Assembly: GCA_964355075.1 (NCBI GenBank)
Contig: CAYHCF010000002.1
Span: forward strand, 16,480-80,479
DNA: 64,000 nt
Origin: an uncultured Chitinophaga sp.
Lineage (GTDB): Bacteria > Bacteroidota > Bacteroidia > UKL13-3
Direction of reading: 5' to 3'
The translations under genes and the position numbers were made by a program. Below the pieces are notes generated by a model. It saw only the letters and a program-made list of their open reading frames with translations, did no database searches and was not told the DNA's origin. Shown in pieces: positions 1-11,581 of this stretch (position 1 is the first letter of the stretch; each line of letters opens with the position of its first letter).

Positions 1-342
1 ATCGATTATTTCAGCCGGGATCGTATAATTTGGGCCTCCGTTTCCATCATTTGCGGCAAAAGAATCTTTGGAATTAGGATCACCACCCTGAATAACAAAT
101 CCGGGGATAATGCGATGAAAGGTAGTGCCGTCGAAATAATTGGTATCGGCTAAGGCAAGGAAATTTTTCCGGTGTTGAGGCGTTTCCTTATACAACCATA
201 TATAAATAGTGCCAAAAGAAGTTTTTAGCTGAATGATTTTCTCGGTAGGAATAACAGGTTGCGGTTGCGGTTCCGTTTGCTTTTTTTCCTTGCATGCAAT
301 CATTAAAAAAGCGATGCACAAAATAATGTGTACTGTTTTCAT
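1..342 (-). CDS. Peptidyl-prolyl cis-trans isomerase, cyclophilin type, probable lipoprotein (C-terminus runs off the window)
   Basis: Reverse translation from ATG (complement of 340-342) gives MKTVHIILCIAFLMIAC... (signal peptide plus lipobox-like Cys), then FHRIIPGFVIQGGDP, a cyclophilin core motif. The frame stays open to position 1. Confidence 0.75.
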   Translation of the reverse strand, partial: MKTVHIILCIAFLMIACKEKKQTEPQPQPVIPTEKIIQLKTSFGTIYIWLYKETPQHRKNFLALADTNYFDGTTFHRIIPGFVIQGGDPNSKDSFAANDGNGGPNYTIPAEIID

Positions 343-388
343 AGTAATATTTTTAACAAAGTTGTTTCAATAATTTCCTTAAACAAAT

Positions 389-1285
389 TTATTTAATTTG
401 AAGGCAAAATTTAAAAACAAGACTATCCGGAATTTCCTCATTTTGAAAAAGCAGGAACCTTTGACTCTTACTCAGGCTCATTCTATTTATATAAGAATCA
501 AATATTTTCTGATAGACACAATTTCCGATGGAATCGAACACAACCACAGCGGACTTTTTTTCTAAAGGCAAACCCAGCGCCAGAATGGCAAATAAACGAG
601 GTGAATTTATTTCTGAAGTATATAATGTTTGCAGATTGGCAAAGGGAATTCGATGCGTGTATAAATAGCCATTCTGTTTACATCTGACCTGAATCATCTG
701 ACCTGAAACGATTGAAATATCCAGTGAATCGTTATAGATAGCAGGGGATGCCGGGAAAAATATCTCGTTCGGTTTTTCTTTAAGTGGTTTCAGATTTATA
801 CTGTTTATTTCTTTGGACTTCATTAATTCAGCACTTCCCGTTGGAATAATCAGATTTAACGTTTGATTAAATGGCTTAAATAATAATGTAAATACTAAAA
901 CAGGAGCGATGACGAATAAACTTAAGTTTAGCATTTTATATGCATATGGGGCAGCAATTTTTGAGGCGGTAACATATATCAATAATCCACAAAATGCGCC
1001 AAACAGAGAGGCAGTAACAACTACCGGAATAAACCATCCATAACCTGCATAAATGTCATTATCCAATCTTAAAAAGTTGTCTAGCGCATTTAATAAAACA
1101 TAACTTATGGAAGCGATGGTGTAAAACACGAAAGCATAAAATAGAATTCCATACGATTTTAAGGAGGCTTTTTTTTGAAATTTAACTTTCACATAAAAAA
1201 AGAAAAAGAGAATACTCAGCAGGGAAACCGCAAGTAAAATACTATCCACTTCCATTAAAACAGAAATATAATATTTACCTACCAT
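389..1285 (-). CDS. Hypothetical integral membrane protein
   Basis: 298-aa ORF with about 5 hydrophobic N-terminal segments and a soluble C-terminal half. Its start overlaps the stop of the upstream M23 gene, suggesting translational coupling. No family recognised. Confidence 0.4.
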   Translation of the reverse strand: MVGKYYISVLMEVDSILLAVSLLSILFFFFYVKVKFQKKASLKSYGILFYAFVFYTIASISYVLLNALDNFLRLDNDIYAGYGWFIPVVVTASLFGAFCGLLIYVTASKIAAPYAYKMLNLSLFVIAPVLVFTLLFKPFNQTLNLIIPTGSAELMKSKEINSINLKPLKEKPNEIFFPASPAIYNDSLDISIVSGQMIQVRCKQNGYLYTHRIPFANLQTLYTSEINSPRLFAILALGLPLEKKSAVVVFDSIGNCVYQKIFDSYINRMSLSKSQRFLLFQNEEIPDSLVFKFCLQIK

Positions 1286-2340
1286 TACTTACTATAAAAT
1301 TGATCATTTCGAATTAAATAATCATTGCTTAGCTCCTTAAAACCTATCCAACGTTTACGGTTCATCTTTCTGAAACGAAATGGCAAACCAATTGAATTGG
1401 AATCATTTATAATTGGTTTTGATTGTATGTGCATATGGAGATGAGGCCAGGTTGTATTCCCACTGTTCCCAGCCAATCCAAGCCATTGTCCGGGTTTTAA
1501 AGTATCACCGGTTTTTACCTGAACCGAACCGGATAACAAATGTTCCAAAAACAAAAACTGAGAATCATTCATTGCAATTTCAACAAAGTTACCAGCTATA
1601 TTAATTGTGTCGCCATCCAATAAAACCTTTTGTGTAGCAAAATTAGAAGCCGAATTTTCTACCATTCCTCCAATTGGGGCAAAAATACTATCCCCAAAAG
1701 CGAAAAAGTCGGAACATTCTATCCCCTGATTAATAAAGTACTTTCCATCCTGATTTAATTTTACCATATCTATCGCAAATTTTTGTGAAGGATAGGCACT
1801 GTGATAATTTACCCAGGCTTCCTGACCAGCATGAACAGCAAGCCAGGTACCGTGTACAGGTAGATCCAATAATACACAATCCTCAGTCTTGGGATAAACA
1901 TAGGTATTTGGAATAATAAAACAGGCTGCACCAAAAGATAAAAAACAAAATATCGAAACCAGAAAAAATATTATTCTTTTAACAAATTGTTTGATTAAGA
2001 CCTCAGAAACAGTGAAACACAATATTAGTTCCTGCACGGCAATAGCAATTAAAACAGTAACGAAGATTCCATTTAGTACAGGGGAAACAACAGCTTTAAA
2101 TTGAGAAATGGTAAAAAACCAAACAGGTACATCAATCAGAAAGGCTATCATGGCGAGCGCAAAGATAAATTTGAGAATAAAAACGAACCATTCTCCTTTA
2201 AAATTGAAAATGAATTTTCGTTTTTTTCTGAATTTGATAACAAAATATAATCTCACGACAAACAGTGTAAAAAAAATACCTGCCGAAATGATCAATCCAT
2301 TTGTGTAAGTATCGCTTAATTCTGCTAAACTATTTGTCAT
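1285..2340 (-). CDS. Membrane-anchored M23 family metallopeptidase
   Basis: N-terminal multi-TM region followed by a LytM/M23-like C-terminal domain (GNSGNTTWPHLHMHIQ, an HxH zinc motif). Confidence 0.65.
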   Translation of the reverse strand: MTNSLAELSDTYTNGLIISAGIFFTLFVVRLYFVIKFRKKRKFIFNFKGEWFVFILKFIFALAMIAFLIDVPVWFFTISQFKAVVSPVLNGIFVTVLIAIAVQELILCFTVSEVLIKQFVKRIIFFLVSIFCFLSFGAACFIIPNTYVYPKTEDCVLLDLPVHGTWLAVHAGQEAWVNYHSAYPSQKFAIDMVKLNQDGKYFINQGIECSDFFAFGDSIFAPIGGMVENSASNFATQKVLLDGDTINIAGNFVEIAMNDSQFLFLEHLLSGSVQVKTGDTLKPGQWLGLAGNSGNTTWPHLHMHIQSKPIINDSNSIGLPFRFRKMNRKRWIGFKELSNDYLIRNDQFYSK

Positions 2341-2342
2341 TT

Positions 2343-3575
2343 CTATTCAAATCTAAGGGCTTCAATCGGATCCAGTTTGGAAGCTTTTATGGCTGGATAG
2401 ATTCCGCTAATCAAACCCACAAGGAAACATAAAGTGATTCCACTAAAGATCCATAGCCAGGGAATAATAAATCCACTCCCAACAAAGTGAGTAACGATAT
2501 TACCTATAATGATTCCTAATATAATACCGCCCATTCCACCTATCTGACAAATCAGAATGGCTTCAAATAAAAATTGCCTTCTTATTGCTTTTTGCGTTGC
2601 TCCAATGGCTTTTCTGATGCCAATTTCCCTGGTTCTTTCAGATACAGAAACCAGCATGATATTCATCAGTCCTACGGCGGCACCCAATAAAGTAATGAAT
2701 CCAATTATCGTGGCGGCGATAGTAACATAACTCAGGTTACTTATCAGTTCTTTTGCTACATTATCAGCTTTGTATATTTCAAAATTATTTTCAGCTTTTA
2801 CCGGCAATTTTCTCACCCTTCTAAAAACACTTGTAGCTTCCTCCACTGCAAAATCAAGAAAGGAAACGTCATTCACGGCAACTGTAATAACACTGCTCAT
2901 ATTCGGCATTGAAAAAGTCTGATACGCATTTTGAAGCGGAACAATAATCATTCTATCCCCTCCAAAACCCATACTGGCACCTTTTGATTTGAGTAAACCA
3001 ATAACCCGGTATTTTGCGCCGCCAATAAAGATACTTTCTCCCACAGGCATCTTGTTTTTGAACAACTTTGTTTTTATTTCGGTACCTATTAATGCAACAT
3101 TTGAAGCAGAATGAATATCCTTTTCCGAAAAATTCCTACCCAAATCAATATCATAACCTGCAACACTTAAGTAATTTTCATCTCCTCCCATTACCATAAC
3201 ATTTGGATCCGTTTTCTTGTTATTATACTTTACAGTACTGGTAAAGCTTGCATTTACCGATAAAGAGGTCGTAGAGGAGAATTTGAAATCGTTTACAAAT
3301 TTTTCGGCTTCCTGAAAACTTATTGTTTTGTATTTTTTGGGGCCTTTGGATGAACCGGAAAAGTGGATATTCTGACCCCGGTTTTTGATGTTAAAGGTAT
3401 TGGCCCCCATGTTAGAAAAGGTATTGTTGATTCCTGCTTTCATTCCGTCAATGGCAGTTAAAATACCGACCAGGGCCATTATTCCAATTGAAATAATCAA
3501 AGCAGTAATGCTTGCTCTTATTTTATTACCTTTAATGGAATTTAATGCTATTTTTAAATTTTCGGTAAAAGTCAT
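2343..3575 (-). CDS. ABC transporter permease, MacB/FtsX family
   Basis: 410 aa. N-terminal TM, large periplasmic domain and C-terminal FtsX-type 3-TM bundle ([15 protein letters not shown] motif typical of MacB/LolE-like permeases). Confidence 0.8.
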   Translation of the reverse strand: MTFTENLKIALNSIKGNKIRASITALIISIGIMALVGILTAIDGMKAGINNTFSNMGANTFNIKNRGQNIHFSGSSKGPKKYKTISFQEAEKFVNDFKFSSTTSLSVNASFTSTVKYNNKKTDPNVMVMGGDENYLSVAGYDIDLGRNFSEKDIHSASNVALIGTEIKTKLFKNKMPVGESIFIGGAKYRVIGLLKSKGASMGFGGDRMIIVPLQNAYQTFSMPNMSSVITVAVNDVSFLDFAVEEATSVFRRVRKLPVKAENNFEIYKADNVAKELISNLSYVTIAATIIGFITLLGAAVGLMNIMLVSVSERTREIGIRKAIGATQKAIRRQFLFEAILICQIGGMGGIILGIIIGNIVTHFVGSGFIIPWLWIFSGITLCFLVGLISGIYPAIKASKLDPIEALRFE

Positions 3576-3583
3576 GAATGGGT

Positions 3584-3889
3584 TTAATTGCTTTGCAATT
3601 TAGCTTTTTCAACTAATTTAAATCCCTTTCTTCCATTTTGTTCAATAAAATCAATAAGCATACCTGCAAAAAAGAAAATCTGATCTGCATTAAAAATTAT
3701 GTCTATACCATTAATTTTTATGGCCTTGTCCTTTTCAGTTTTTGTATCAAAGCCAATTAACAAACTTTTATCCTGTGCATTTTTTTGTTTGATCCCAACT
3801 CTCAAAGCAAAACCTTCGGGTATATTGAGCGTTTTTTTGTAGGCGATTATCGCCTCAATTGCTGAGGGAGTAAATTCAATTAGCTGCAT
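3584..3889 (-). CDS. HesB/IscA-like small protein lacking the canonical cluster cysteines
   Basis: 101 aa. The pattern [11 protein letters not shown]...LRVGIK...IDFIE...GFKL resembles the IscA/HesB fold, but no Cys ligands are present. Confidence 0.4.
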   Translation of the reverse strand: MQLIEFTPSAIEAIIAYKKTLNIPEGFALRVGIKQKNAQDKSLLIGFDTKTEKDKAIKINGIDIIFNADQIFFFAGMLIDFIEQNGRKGFKLVEKAKLQSN

Positions 3890-3917
3890 CGTATATGTTC
3901 GTTATACCTGAAGAGAA

Positions 3918-4967
3918 CTAGATTACCGGGGCAGGACTTTTAACCCGAATAGCTTTAGCGATTTTTTTTATGAGTTTAGGTCCACCATAAACAAAACCAG
4001 TGTACACCTGAACAAGACCTGCGCCGGCATTTATTTTATCCATTGCCGATATTTCATCATGCACCCCCCCTACTCCAATTATAGGCAATTTCCCATCTGT
4101 CTTTTGATGAATATATTGAATCATTTCGGTAGATTTTTCTGCCAGAATTTTGCCACTCAAACCGCCTTCACCTGCACTAATAATTATTTCTTTAGCTGTT
4201 ATTAAGCCCTCTCTCGATAAAGTTGAATTGGTAGCTACAATGCCATCAATTCCACTTTCCAAAACGATTTCAACCACATCATCAACTTGAGAATAAGTAA
4301 GGTCCGGTGCAATTTTAAGCAAAATGGGTTTATTGGGTTTATTCTTTTTTATCCATAAATTTCTTTGAAAAACGAGTTGGTTCAGAATTTCCAATAAAGG
4401 CTTTTTATCCTGTAATTCTCTTAGATTTGGTGTATTTGGCGAACTCACGTTTACAACAAAATAATCCACTACTTCATATAATTTATCGAAACAAATGGAA
4501 TAATCCTCAACTGCTTTTTCGTTTGGTGTTGATTTATTTTTACCAATATTGCCACCAACAATCAATCCTTTTGGTCTGATTCTCAATCTTTCAGCAATTA
4601 CATTTACTCCTTCATTGTTAAAACCCAATCTGTTAATAAGGCACTCATCCGGTTTCAATCTGAACAACCTAGGTTTATCATTGCCGTATTGAGGCTTTGG
4701 GGTAACTGTTCCAATTTCGATAAACCCAAAACCTAAAGCCTCGATCTCATTCAGATATTCCGCATTTTTATCCATTCCAGCGGCCAGGCCAACCCGGTTA
4801 TGAAATTTTAATCCTAAAAAATCATAGCTATTTTCTACCCTAAAGGTCTGAATACACAGTACCTTAATAAATGGAATTTTCAATAAAACCTTAAGTGCTT
4901 TAAATGTAAATTGATGTGCCGTTTCTGCAGGTAACAGAAACAATAAACTTCTGATTATTTTATACAA
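3918..4967 (-). CDS. pyrD: Dihydroorotate dehydrogenase (quinone), class 2
   Basis: 349 aa with GLAAGMDKN, IEIGTVTP, NRLGFNN, NVSSPNTPNLR and GVGGV motifs characteristic of PyrD. Confidence 0.9.
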   Translation of the reverse strand: MYKIIRSLLFLLPAETAHQFTFKALKVLLKIPFIKVLCIQTFRVENSYDFLGLKFHNRVGLAAGMDKNAEYLNEIEALGFGFIEIGTVTPKPQYGNDKPRLFRLKPDECLINRLGFNNEGVNVIAERLRIRPKGLIVGGNIGKNKSTPNEKAVEDYSICFDKLYEVVDYFVVNVSSPNTPNLRELQDKKPLLEILNQLVFQRNLWIKKNKPNKPILLKIAPDLTYSQVDDVVEIVLESGIDGIVATNSTLSREGLITAKEIIISAGEGGLSGKILAEKSTEMIQYIHQKTDGKLPIIGVGGVHDEISAMDKINAGAGLVQVYTGFVYGGPKLIKKIAKAIRVKSPAPVI

Positions 4968-5175
4968 AATATTTTTTATTTAATTTTTTCAAATTTACAA
5001 TCCTAATCTTTCTTTTTTACACTTTTCGTAAAATTGGGTATCCTCCTGTTTTCCATTGCTTAACGACTCTATTTAGAATAAGTCCAAATTCACAATTTAT
5101 TCAAAAATATGAGTATTATCAGCCTATTAATGGACTATATCTATAATTTCGCACACAAATTTAAAAATAACACTA

Positions 5176-5847
5176 ATGAACTGGGTAACTAAAATGTTTT
5201 CTTCCTCCTTAGGCCAAAAATTTATCATGGCCATCACAGGATTATTTCTTATTACTTTCTTGGTTGTTCACTGCTTTTTAAATGCACTCATCTTTTTCAA
5301 TGACGGAGGAATCATATTTGATAAAGGTGCTGAATTTATGTCAACCAACGTGCTTATCAGAATTGTGGAAGTTGTATTATTTGCAGGATTAATCCTTCAC
5401 ATTATCAGAGCCTATATTTTATTGCGAAAAAACAATAATTCTCGTCCGATAAAATATCAGATGCATGATGGTAAAGCAAATAGTAAGTGGTACTCCCGCT
5501 CGATGGGATTGTTAGGAACGCTTTTGTTAATGTTCCTGATTATTCATTTAAAACATTTTTGGATAGTAAGCCGGTTTACGGATGAAATTAGCAGTGGAAA
5601 ACAAACAATGTTTAATGAAATGAAGGAGGTTTTTGAAAATCCGATTGTTATTATTGTGTACATTCTTGCTATGTTTTCATTAGCCTATCATTTAATGCAT
5701 GGATTTCAATCTGCCTTTCAAACATTAGGAATTAACCATAAAAAATATACTCCATTTATTAAAAGTTGTGGACTCGTATTTTCAATCCTTATTCCTCTCA
5801 TTTTTGCATTGATGCCTCTTGCAATGCATTTCAACTTTATAAAATAA
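5176..5847 (+). CDS. sdhC: Succinate dehydrogenase/fumarate reductase cytochrome b subunit (single large anchor type)
   Basis: 223-aa polytopic membrane protein with conserved His residues, directly upstream of the flavoprotein and Fe-S subunits. Confidence 0.8.
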   Translation: MNWVTKMFSSSLGQKFIMAITGLFLITFLVVHCFLNALIFFNDGGIIFDKGAEFMSTNVLIRIVEVVLFAGLILHIIRAYILLRKNNNSRPIKYQMHDGKANSKWYSRSMGLLGTLLLMFLIIHLKHFWIVSRFTDEISSGKQTMFNEMKEVFENPIVIIVYILAMFSLAYHLMHGFQSAFQTLGINHKKYTPFIKSCGLVFSILIPLIFALMPLAMHFNFIK

Positions 5848-5867
5848 TAATTTTAACAAACAGCAAT

Positions 5868-7868
5868 ATGTCAAAATTAGATGCAAAAATTCCGGAAGGA
5901 CAATTAGAGACCAAATGGACGAAATATAAATCGTCAGTACCTCTCGTAAATCCTTCTAACAAAAGAAATTTAGAAATTGTAATCGTAGGCTCAGGACTTG
6001 CAGGCGCATCGGCCGCTGCTGCTTTAGCTGAATTAGGTTATAAAGTTAAAGTTTTCTGCTTTCAGGATTCGGCCAGAAGGGCGCATAGTATTGCTGCTCA
6101 GGGTGGAATTAATGCCGCAAAAAATTACCAGAATGACGGGGATTCGGTTTACCGTTTATTTTATGATACCATTAAAGGTGGCGATTACCGGGCACGTGAA
6201 GGAAACGTTCACCGATTGGCAGAAGTTAGTAACAATATCATTGACCAATGTGTTGCTTCAGGTGTTCCTTTTGCCCGCGAATATGGAGGCTTATTGAGCA
6301 ACCGCTCGTTTGGCGGTACCCAGGTTCAGCGTACCTTTTATGCCGCCGGTCAAACGGGTCAGCAATTATTATTAGGTGCATACAGCGGATTGCAACGTCA
6401 GGTGGGAATGGGAAATGTGAAAATGTATGCCCGTCACGAAATGCTTGAAGTTGTAAATATTGATGGGGTTTGCCGTGGTATTATTGCCCGCGATCTTACC
6501 ACAGGAAAATTGGAGCGCCATTTCGGACATGCGGTCTTATTATGTACCGGTGGTTATGGCAATGTATTTTACCTTTCTACCAATGCAATGGGTTGTAATG
6601 CAACCGCCATCTGGAAAGCCCATAAAAAAGGGGCATTTTTTGGCAACCCCAGCTTTACACAAATACACCCAACCTGTATCCCGGTCTCAGGCGATCATCA
6701 ATCAAAATTAACGTTGATGAGTGAATCTCTGAGAAATGATGGCAGGATTTGGGTTCCAAAAAATCAGGAAGATGCAAAAGCAATTCGGGAAAACAAAATA
6801 TCCCCAAACCAGATTAAAGAAGAGGACAGAGATTATTTCTTAGAAAGACGATATCCAGCTTTTGGGAATTTGGTGCCACGTGATGTAGCCAGCCGTGCCT
6901 CAAAAGAGCGTTGTGATGCTGGTCATGGTGTGAACAAAACCGGAGAAGCCGTTTACCTTGATTTCAATTTCAATACGAAACGATACGGTACCATTGAGGC
7001 TACAAAAAAGGGGATTCATAATCCAAGCGAAGCTCAGGTAGTTGAATTAGGCAGGGCAGTGATTAAAGAAAAATATGGCAACTTATTTGACATGTACCAG
7101 CAGATTACCGGAGTTAATGCCTATGAGCAACCTATGATGATTTATCCTGCGGTTCATTATACCATGGGTGGTTTGTGGGTTGATTATAACTTAATGACTA
7201 CGGTACCGGGATTGTATTCTTTGGGAGAAGCCAATTTCTCCGACCATGGTGCCAATCGTCTGGGAGCATCCGCCCTAATGCAAGGTTTAGCGGATGGCTA
7301 TTTTGTGATTCCTTATACCATTGGCGCTTATTTATATAAAGAGATCAGTACCAAGGCTATTTCAACTGATCACCAAGCATTTGTTGAAGCAGAAAACAGT
7401 GTTAGAGCCACTATTGATAAATTCTTTGCCATTAAAGGAAGCAAATCAGTTGATTATTTCCATAAAAAACTCGGTTTGATCATGTGGAACCAATGCGGTA
7501 TGGCTAGAAATGCAGAAAACCTGAAAAAAGCAATTGTAGAGATACAGGAATTACGTAAACAATTCTGGGCTGATGTAAAAGTTACCGGAAATGCAGATGA
7601 ACTGAATCCGGAACTTGAAAAGGCCGGAAGAGTTGCCGATTTCTTTGAATTAGGAGAATTGATGTGCATGGATGCTTTGAACCGCGAGGAAAGCTGTGGT
7701 GGGCACTTCCGCGAAGAACACCAAACTGAAGAAGGGGAAGCCATGCGAAACGATGAAAACTTTAAGTTTGTTGCAGCATGGGAGCATATTTCAAACAATA
7801 CTTGGGAAATGCATAAAGAAGAATTGATTTACGAAAATATTAAAATAGCCCAAAGGAGCTATAAATAG
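5868..7868 (+). CDS. sdhA: Succinate dehydrogenase/fumarate reductase flavoprotein subunit
   Basis: The tracked ORF starts at 5766 but overlaps sdhC. The in-frame ATG at 5868 ([11 protein letters not shown]) precedes the FAD motif [23 protein letters not shown] (covalent FAD His) and HYTMGG motifs are present. Confidence 0.95.
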   Translation: MSKLDAKIPEGQLETKWTKYKSSVPLVNPSNKRNLEIVIVGSGLAGASAAAALAELGYKVKVFCFQDSARRAHSIAAQGGINAAKNYQNDGDSVYRLFYDTIKGGDYRAREGNVHRLAEVSNNIIDQCVASGVPFAREYGGLLSNRSFGGTQVQRTFYAAGQTGQQLLLGAYSGLQRQVGMGNVKMYARHEMLEVVNIDGVCRGIIARDLTTGKLERHFGHAVLLCTGGYGNVFYLSTNAMGCNATAIWKAHKKGAFFGNPSFTQIHPTCIPVSGDHQSKLTLMSESLRNDGRIWVPKNQEDAKAIRENKISPNQIKEEDRDYFLERRYPAFGNLVPRDVASRASKERCDAGHGVNKTGEAVYLDFNFNTKRYGTIEATKKGIHNPSEAQVVELGRAVIKEKYGNLFDMYQQITGVNAYEQPMMIYPAVHYTMGGLWVDYNLMTTVPGLYSLGEANFSDHGANRLGASALMQGLADGYFVIPYTIGAYLYKEISTKAISTDHQAFVEAENSVRATIDKFFAIKGSKSVDYFHKKLGLIMWNQCGMARNAENLKKAIVEIQELRKQFWADVKVTGNADELNPELEKAGRVADFFELGELMCMDALNREESCGGHFREEHQTEEGEAMRNDENFKFVAAWEHISNNTWEMHKEELIYENIKIAQRSYK

Positions 7869-7935
7869 GAATTCGGTAAAGGAATGAAATCAGACCTAAA
7901 AAAATCCTAAAACCTAAGCATAAAAATTAAGCAAA

Positions 7936-8697
7936 ATGGAAAAAAGTTTAAATCTGAAATTGAAAATCTGGCGCCAGAAAAATGCCAAAGATAAAGGTAA
8001 TTTCGAGGAGTATAAATTAAGTAACATCTCCACGGATATGTCGTTTCTGGAAATGTTCGATGTTTTGAATGAAAAACTGGTTAACGAGGATAAAGATCCA
8101 ATTGCGTTTGACCATGATTGCCGCGAAGGTATTTGTGGAGCCTGTAGTATGTTTATCAATGGTCGTCCACACGGACCCAAACAGGCTATTACTACCTGCC
8201 AGTTACATATGCGTAGTTTCAATGACGGCGATACCATTGTTGTTGAACCATGGAGAGCATCCCCATTTCCTGTAATAAAAGACCTTATTGTTGATCGCTC
8301 GGCTTTCGACAGGATAATGACCGCCGGTGGTTTTGTCTCCATTAACACAGGTAGTGCTCAGGATGCCAATTCAATCCTTATTTCAAAAGAATCCGCAGAT
8401 GAATCGCTGGCTGCGGCTGCATGCATTGGTTGTGGAGCCTGCGTTGCAACCTGTAAAAATGCTTCTGCCATGTTATTTGTTGCCGCTAAAGTTTCTCAAT
8501 TTGCCGTATTACCGCAAGGACAGCCTGAACGTAAACAAAGGGTATTAGACATGGTTGCACAAATGGATGCTGAAGGATTCGGAGCTTGCACAAATACGGG
8601 AGCCTGCAGTGCTGAGTGTCCTAAAGAGGTTTCCTTAAAGCATATTGCCCGAATGAATTGTGATTATATGATTGCCGGACTTACCTCAAACACCTAG
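7936..8697 (+). CDS. sdhB: Succinate dehydrogenase/fumarate reductase iron-sulfur subunit
   Basis: 253 aa with CREGICGAC (2Fe-2S), [11 protein letters not shown] and [12 protein letters not shown] (4Fe-4S/3Fe-4S) motifs. Confidence 0.95.
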   Translation: MEKSLNLKLKIWRQKNAKDKGNFEEYKLSNISTDMSFLEMFDVLNEKLVNEDKDPIAFDHDCREGICGACSMFINGRPHGPKQAITTCQLHMRSFNDGDTIVVEPWRASPFPVIKDLIVDRSAFDRIMTAGGFVSINTGSAQDANSILISKESADESLAAAACIGCGACVATCKNASAMLFVAAKVSQFAVLPQGQPERKQRVLDMVAQMDAEGFGACTNTGACSAECPKEVSLKHIARMNCDYMIAGLTSNT

Positions 8698-8714
8698 TTG
8701 ATTTTTGTTATATG

Positions 8715-8751
8715 AAAAACCCGCTGCCAAATCTGACAGCGGTTTTTTTTT
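8715..8751 (+). terminator. Rho-independent terminator after sdhB
   Basis: Stem aaaaacccgctg / cagcggttttt, followed by a run of 9-10 T, 18 nt after the sdhB stop. Confidence 0.6.
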
Positions 8752-8899
8752 ATAATAATCCTGGATTATTGGTAAACGAAGGTATGAATAGGATGGGAAA
8801 AAGAATGCAAGTTTTTGGTAAGGAAACGGACTTATACTATTATTTTTTCACAAATGCAACAAATACCTCTAAATTAGCGACTTCAAATAAAGTCGAAAT

Positions 8900-11578
8900 T
8901 TGAAAAGGTCTTACTTCAAAAACATTTTATATCTTCTAACAATATTTATTGTTAATCCTCTTTTTGCAACCCATTATCGTGCAGGAGAAATTACTTATAA
9001 ACAAATAACGCTTTTAACCTACGAAATAACTGCTATTACTTATACTGACCCGACCAACAAAAGTGCTGACAGGCCTGAAATGGAGATTTTGTTTGGCGAC
9101 GGAAAATCTGAAATTGTTAAAAGATCAAATGGAAATGGCGAAATGGTAAATTCTAAACCGGCGTCAAATTTGATCCAAAAAAATATTTACATTACTACCC
9201 ATACGTATCCTGGACCTTATGGTTACATAATTAGTCTTACGGATCAAAACAGGATTAAGGGAATCATAAATATTAACGGAGGGGAGTCTGTGAACATTCC
9301 GTTTTATGTTGAATCTTTTTTGCAAATTACAGCAGGTATCGGCTTTAATCAATCACCGGTGTTAAAATTACCACCGATTGATGTCGGATGTATTTTTCGA
9401 ACTTTTAAACATAATCCAGCTGCTTATGACCCTGATGGTGATAGTTTGGCGTTTACCCTTATTTCACCAAAATCAGGTGTAGGAGTGGATGTTCCAGGAT
9501 TCGTAATTCCAGCTTTTACCGATTCCTTTTCACTTGCTGTTAATGATGGTCAGGTAACCTGGACAAATCCAAAGATTAAGGGACCCTATAATCTTGCAAT
9601 AAAAATAAGCGAATTCAGAAAGGGAATATTAATTGGTTACGTGGTTCGTGACATGCAGGTTTTTATTGATCAATGCTTTAATAAACCTCCGCTAATAAAT
9701 AAAGTTGCAGACACTTGTATCGCAGCCAATCAACTTCTAAAATACACCTTATTTGCAAAAGATTCCGATGTAGGTCAAATCATAACAATCAATAAATACG
9801 GGGGTCCGTTTGATTACCCGATTAGTCCGGCAACCATTACTCCAGACCCTGCAATAGGTCCTTATACCGGTGTTTCAACTTTGTTTAGATGGGAGCCCAG
9901 CTGTAATGCAATCAGGTACGAAAAGCATCAGGCAATATTCAGAGCTACTGATGATGATCCAACAAATCCAATGAGTGATATCATGTTTTGGAACATAAAA
10001 GTAGTGGGTCCTGCTCCAAAAAATGTGCAAATAAAATTGGAAAGTAATGGTTTTAAACTTTCCTGGAACCGTGATTCCTGTAACCTCGCCTTTGGATATA
10101 AAATATATAGAAAAATTGATTCAAGCTATTGGAAACATGGTCCGTGCGAAACCGGTGTTCCTTCCAATATTAGATATGTTTTATTTGATACAACCCAAGG
10201 TGTAAATAATAACAGTTATTTTGACAATGAAAACGGAAGAGGCATTTCGCCCTTAATCCGATATTGTTATTTAATTACGAGTTGGTACCCGTCACGAACC
10301 GAAAACGGGACCATTATTCAGGGAGAGTCAGTTGAAAGTTATGCAAGTGAGGAGGTTTGCAATATTATTTTACGAACCAAACCCATAATAACCAATGTTA
10401 GTGTAGAAAAAACTTCAGTAGATAAAGGCAAAATTTTTGTAAAATGGATAAGGCCAAATTTATTAGATAGCAATCAGTTTCCGGCGCCTTACCAGGTTCA
10501 ATTGCAACGGTCTTTATTTTTAGGTTCAAAATATGCGGATGTGGGTATTCCTTTTAATTACGCCACTTTCAGCGATATTAAAGATGAGCAGGTTATTGAC
10601 AGTAATTTAAACACTTTAGATAATCAGTACTATTATAAGGTTATTTTTTCGGCTACTAAACCAAACTTAATCCCTGTTGAAGAAAGTATTGCTGCAAGTA
10701 GCGTAAGGTTGAGCATTTTAAGCAATAACAGATCGCTTTTGTTAAAATGGAAAGTTAGTGTCCCCTGGCAAAACTACCTTACTACCATCTATAAGAAAAA
10801 TGCCTTGAACACCTATGATTCTATTGGCAATTCAACAACAAATCAATTCTGGGATACGGGTTTATACAATGGTTTCAATTATTGCTATTACCTGAAAACC
10901 ACAGGAAATTATAATCTTAATTATTACCCGAATATTTTGTATAATAATTCTCAGGAAGCTTGTGCTGCGCCAAAAGATACAATCAGGCCCTGCACTCCTT
11001 TATTGAATATCGAAACCCCTTGTAATTCATTCAATATTTTTAAAATTACCCTAAATTGGGTTTACCCCGACAGTTGCGAAAAAGATGTGACCCGGTTTAA
11101 GATATACTGGAGAAAAAATATGAAAGAAAAATGGAGTCTGATTGATTCGGTTCCGTGGGGTGTCAACACTTATTCAGATGTAAGAGAATCTTTAAAATTT
11201 TCTATCGCAGGGTGTTATTCAGTGATTGCGGTAGATTCATTTGACAACCCAAGTTATTTCGCGAATTCAAAATGCATTGATAATTGTCCTTATTATGTGA
11301 TTCCTAATATTTTTACTCCAAATAATGATATGCATAATGACCTGTTGAATCCCTTTCCTTACCGGTTTATTGATAAAATTGACATCAATATTTATAACAG
11401 GTGGGGTTTGATTGTTTTTCAAACGAATGATATTGATATCAATTGGAATGGAAAGGATCAAAAAACCGGTATTGAATGCACAGAAGGCGTTTATTATTAT
11501 ATATGCGACGTATATGAAAGTTATTTGGATGGATCAAAAAAAAGAACGCTCAGGGGTTCATTACAATTAATTAGATAA
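8900..11578 (+). CDS. Large secreted protein with gliding-motility-associated (T9SS type-B, CHU_C-like) C-terminal domain
   Basis: TTG start followed directly by a signal peptide (LLTIFIVNPLFA), THYRAGEITY near the N-terminus, and C-terminal VIPNIFTPNNDMHNDLL...IYNRWGLIVFQ...GVYYYICDV typical of this sorting domain. Confidence 0.75.
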   Translation: MKRSYFKNILYLLTIFIVNPLFATHYRAGEITYKQITLLTYEITAITYTDPTNKSADRPEMEILFGDGKSEIVKRSNGNGEMVNSKPASNLIQKNIYITTHTYPGPYGYIISLTDQNRIKGIININGGESVNIPFYVESFLQITAGIGFNQSPVLKLPPIDVGCIFRTFKHNPAAYDPDGDSLAFTLISPKSGVGVDVPGFVIPAFTDSFSLAVNDGQVTWTNPKIKGPYNLAIKISEFRKGILIGYVVRDMQVFIDQCFNKPPLINKVADTCIAANQLLKYTLFAKDSDVGQIITINKYGGPFDYPISPATITPDPAIGPYTGVSTLFRWEPSCNAIRYEKHQAIFRATDDDPTNPMSDIMFWNIKVVGPAPKNVQIKLESNGFKLSWNRDSCNLAFGYKIYRKIDSSYWKHGPCETGVPSNIRYVLFDTTQGVNNNSYFDNENGRGISPLIRYCYLITSWYPSRTENGTIIQGESVESYASEEVCNIILRTKPIITNVSVEKTSVDKGKIFVKWIRPNLLDSNQFPAPYQVQLQRSLFLGSKYADVGIPFNYATFSDIKDEQVIDSNLNTLDNQYYYKVIFSATKPNLIPVEESIAASSVRLSILSNNRSLLLKWKVSVPWQNYLTTIYKKNALNTYDSIGNSTTNQFWDTGLYNGFNYCYYLKTTGNYNLNYYPNILYNNSQEACAAPKDTIRPCTPLLNIETPCNSFNIFKITLNWVYPDSCEKDVTRFKIYWRKNMKEKWSLIDSVPWGVNTYSDVRESLKFSIAGCYSVIAVDSFDNPSYFANSKCIDNCPYYVIPNIFTPNNDMHNDLLNPFPYRFIDKIDINIYNRWGLIVFQTNDIDINWNGKDQKTGIECTEGVYYYICDVYESYLDGSKKRTLRGSLQLIR

Positions 11579-11581
11579 TGC

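Noticed and set aside
5109-5122. TGA-N6-TCA core (atgagtattatcag) about 60 nt upstream of sdhC, as a possible Fnr box
   Set aside because: Only the minimal 3+3 core matches. Such matches are expected by chance in AT-rich DNA, and there is no paired second box.
5766-5867. Upstream extension of the sdhA ORF (tracked start 5766)
   Set aside because: The extension overlaps the 3-prime end of sdhC in another frame and encodes no conserved sequence. The ATG at 5868, just before the FAD-binding motif, is the natural start.
7454-8348. Antisense ORFs of 114 and 144 aa opposite sdhA/sdhB; similar antisense ORFs occur at 33556-33966, 35535-35909, 42628-43038, 44687-44962 and elsewhere
   Set aside because: They lie entirely within strongly supported genes on the other strand and have unremarkable, low-complexity translations. 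They are typical shadow ORFs.
8712-8903. 63-aa plus-strand ORF between sdhB and the T9SS protein gene
   Set aside because: It starts inside the sdhB terminator hairpin, has no recognisable features, and is probably non-coding leader.
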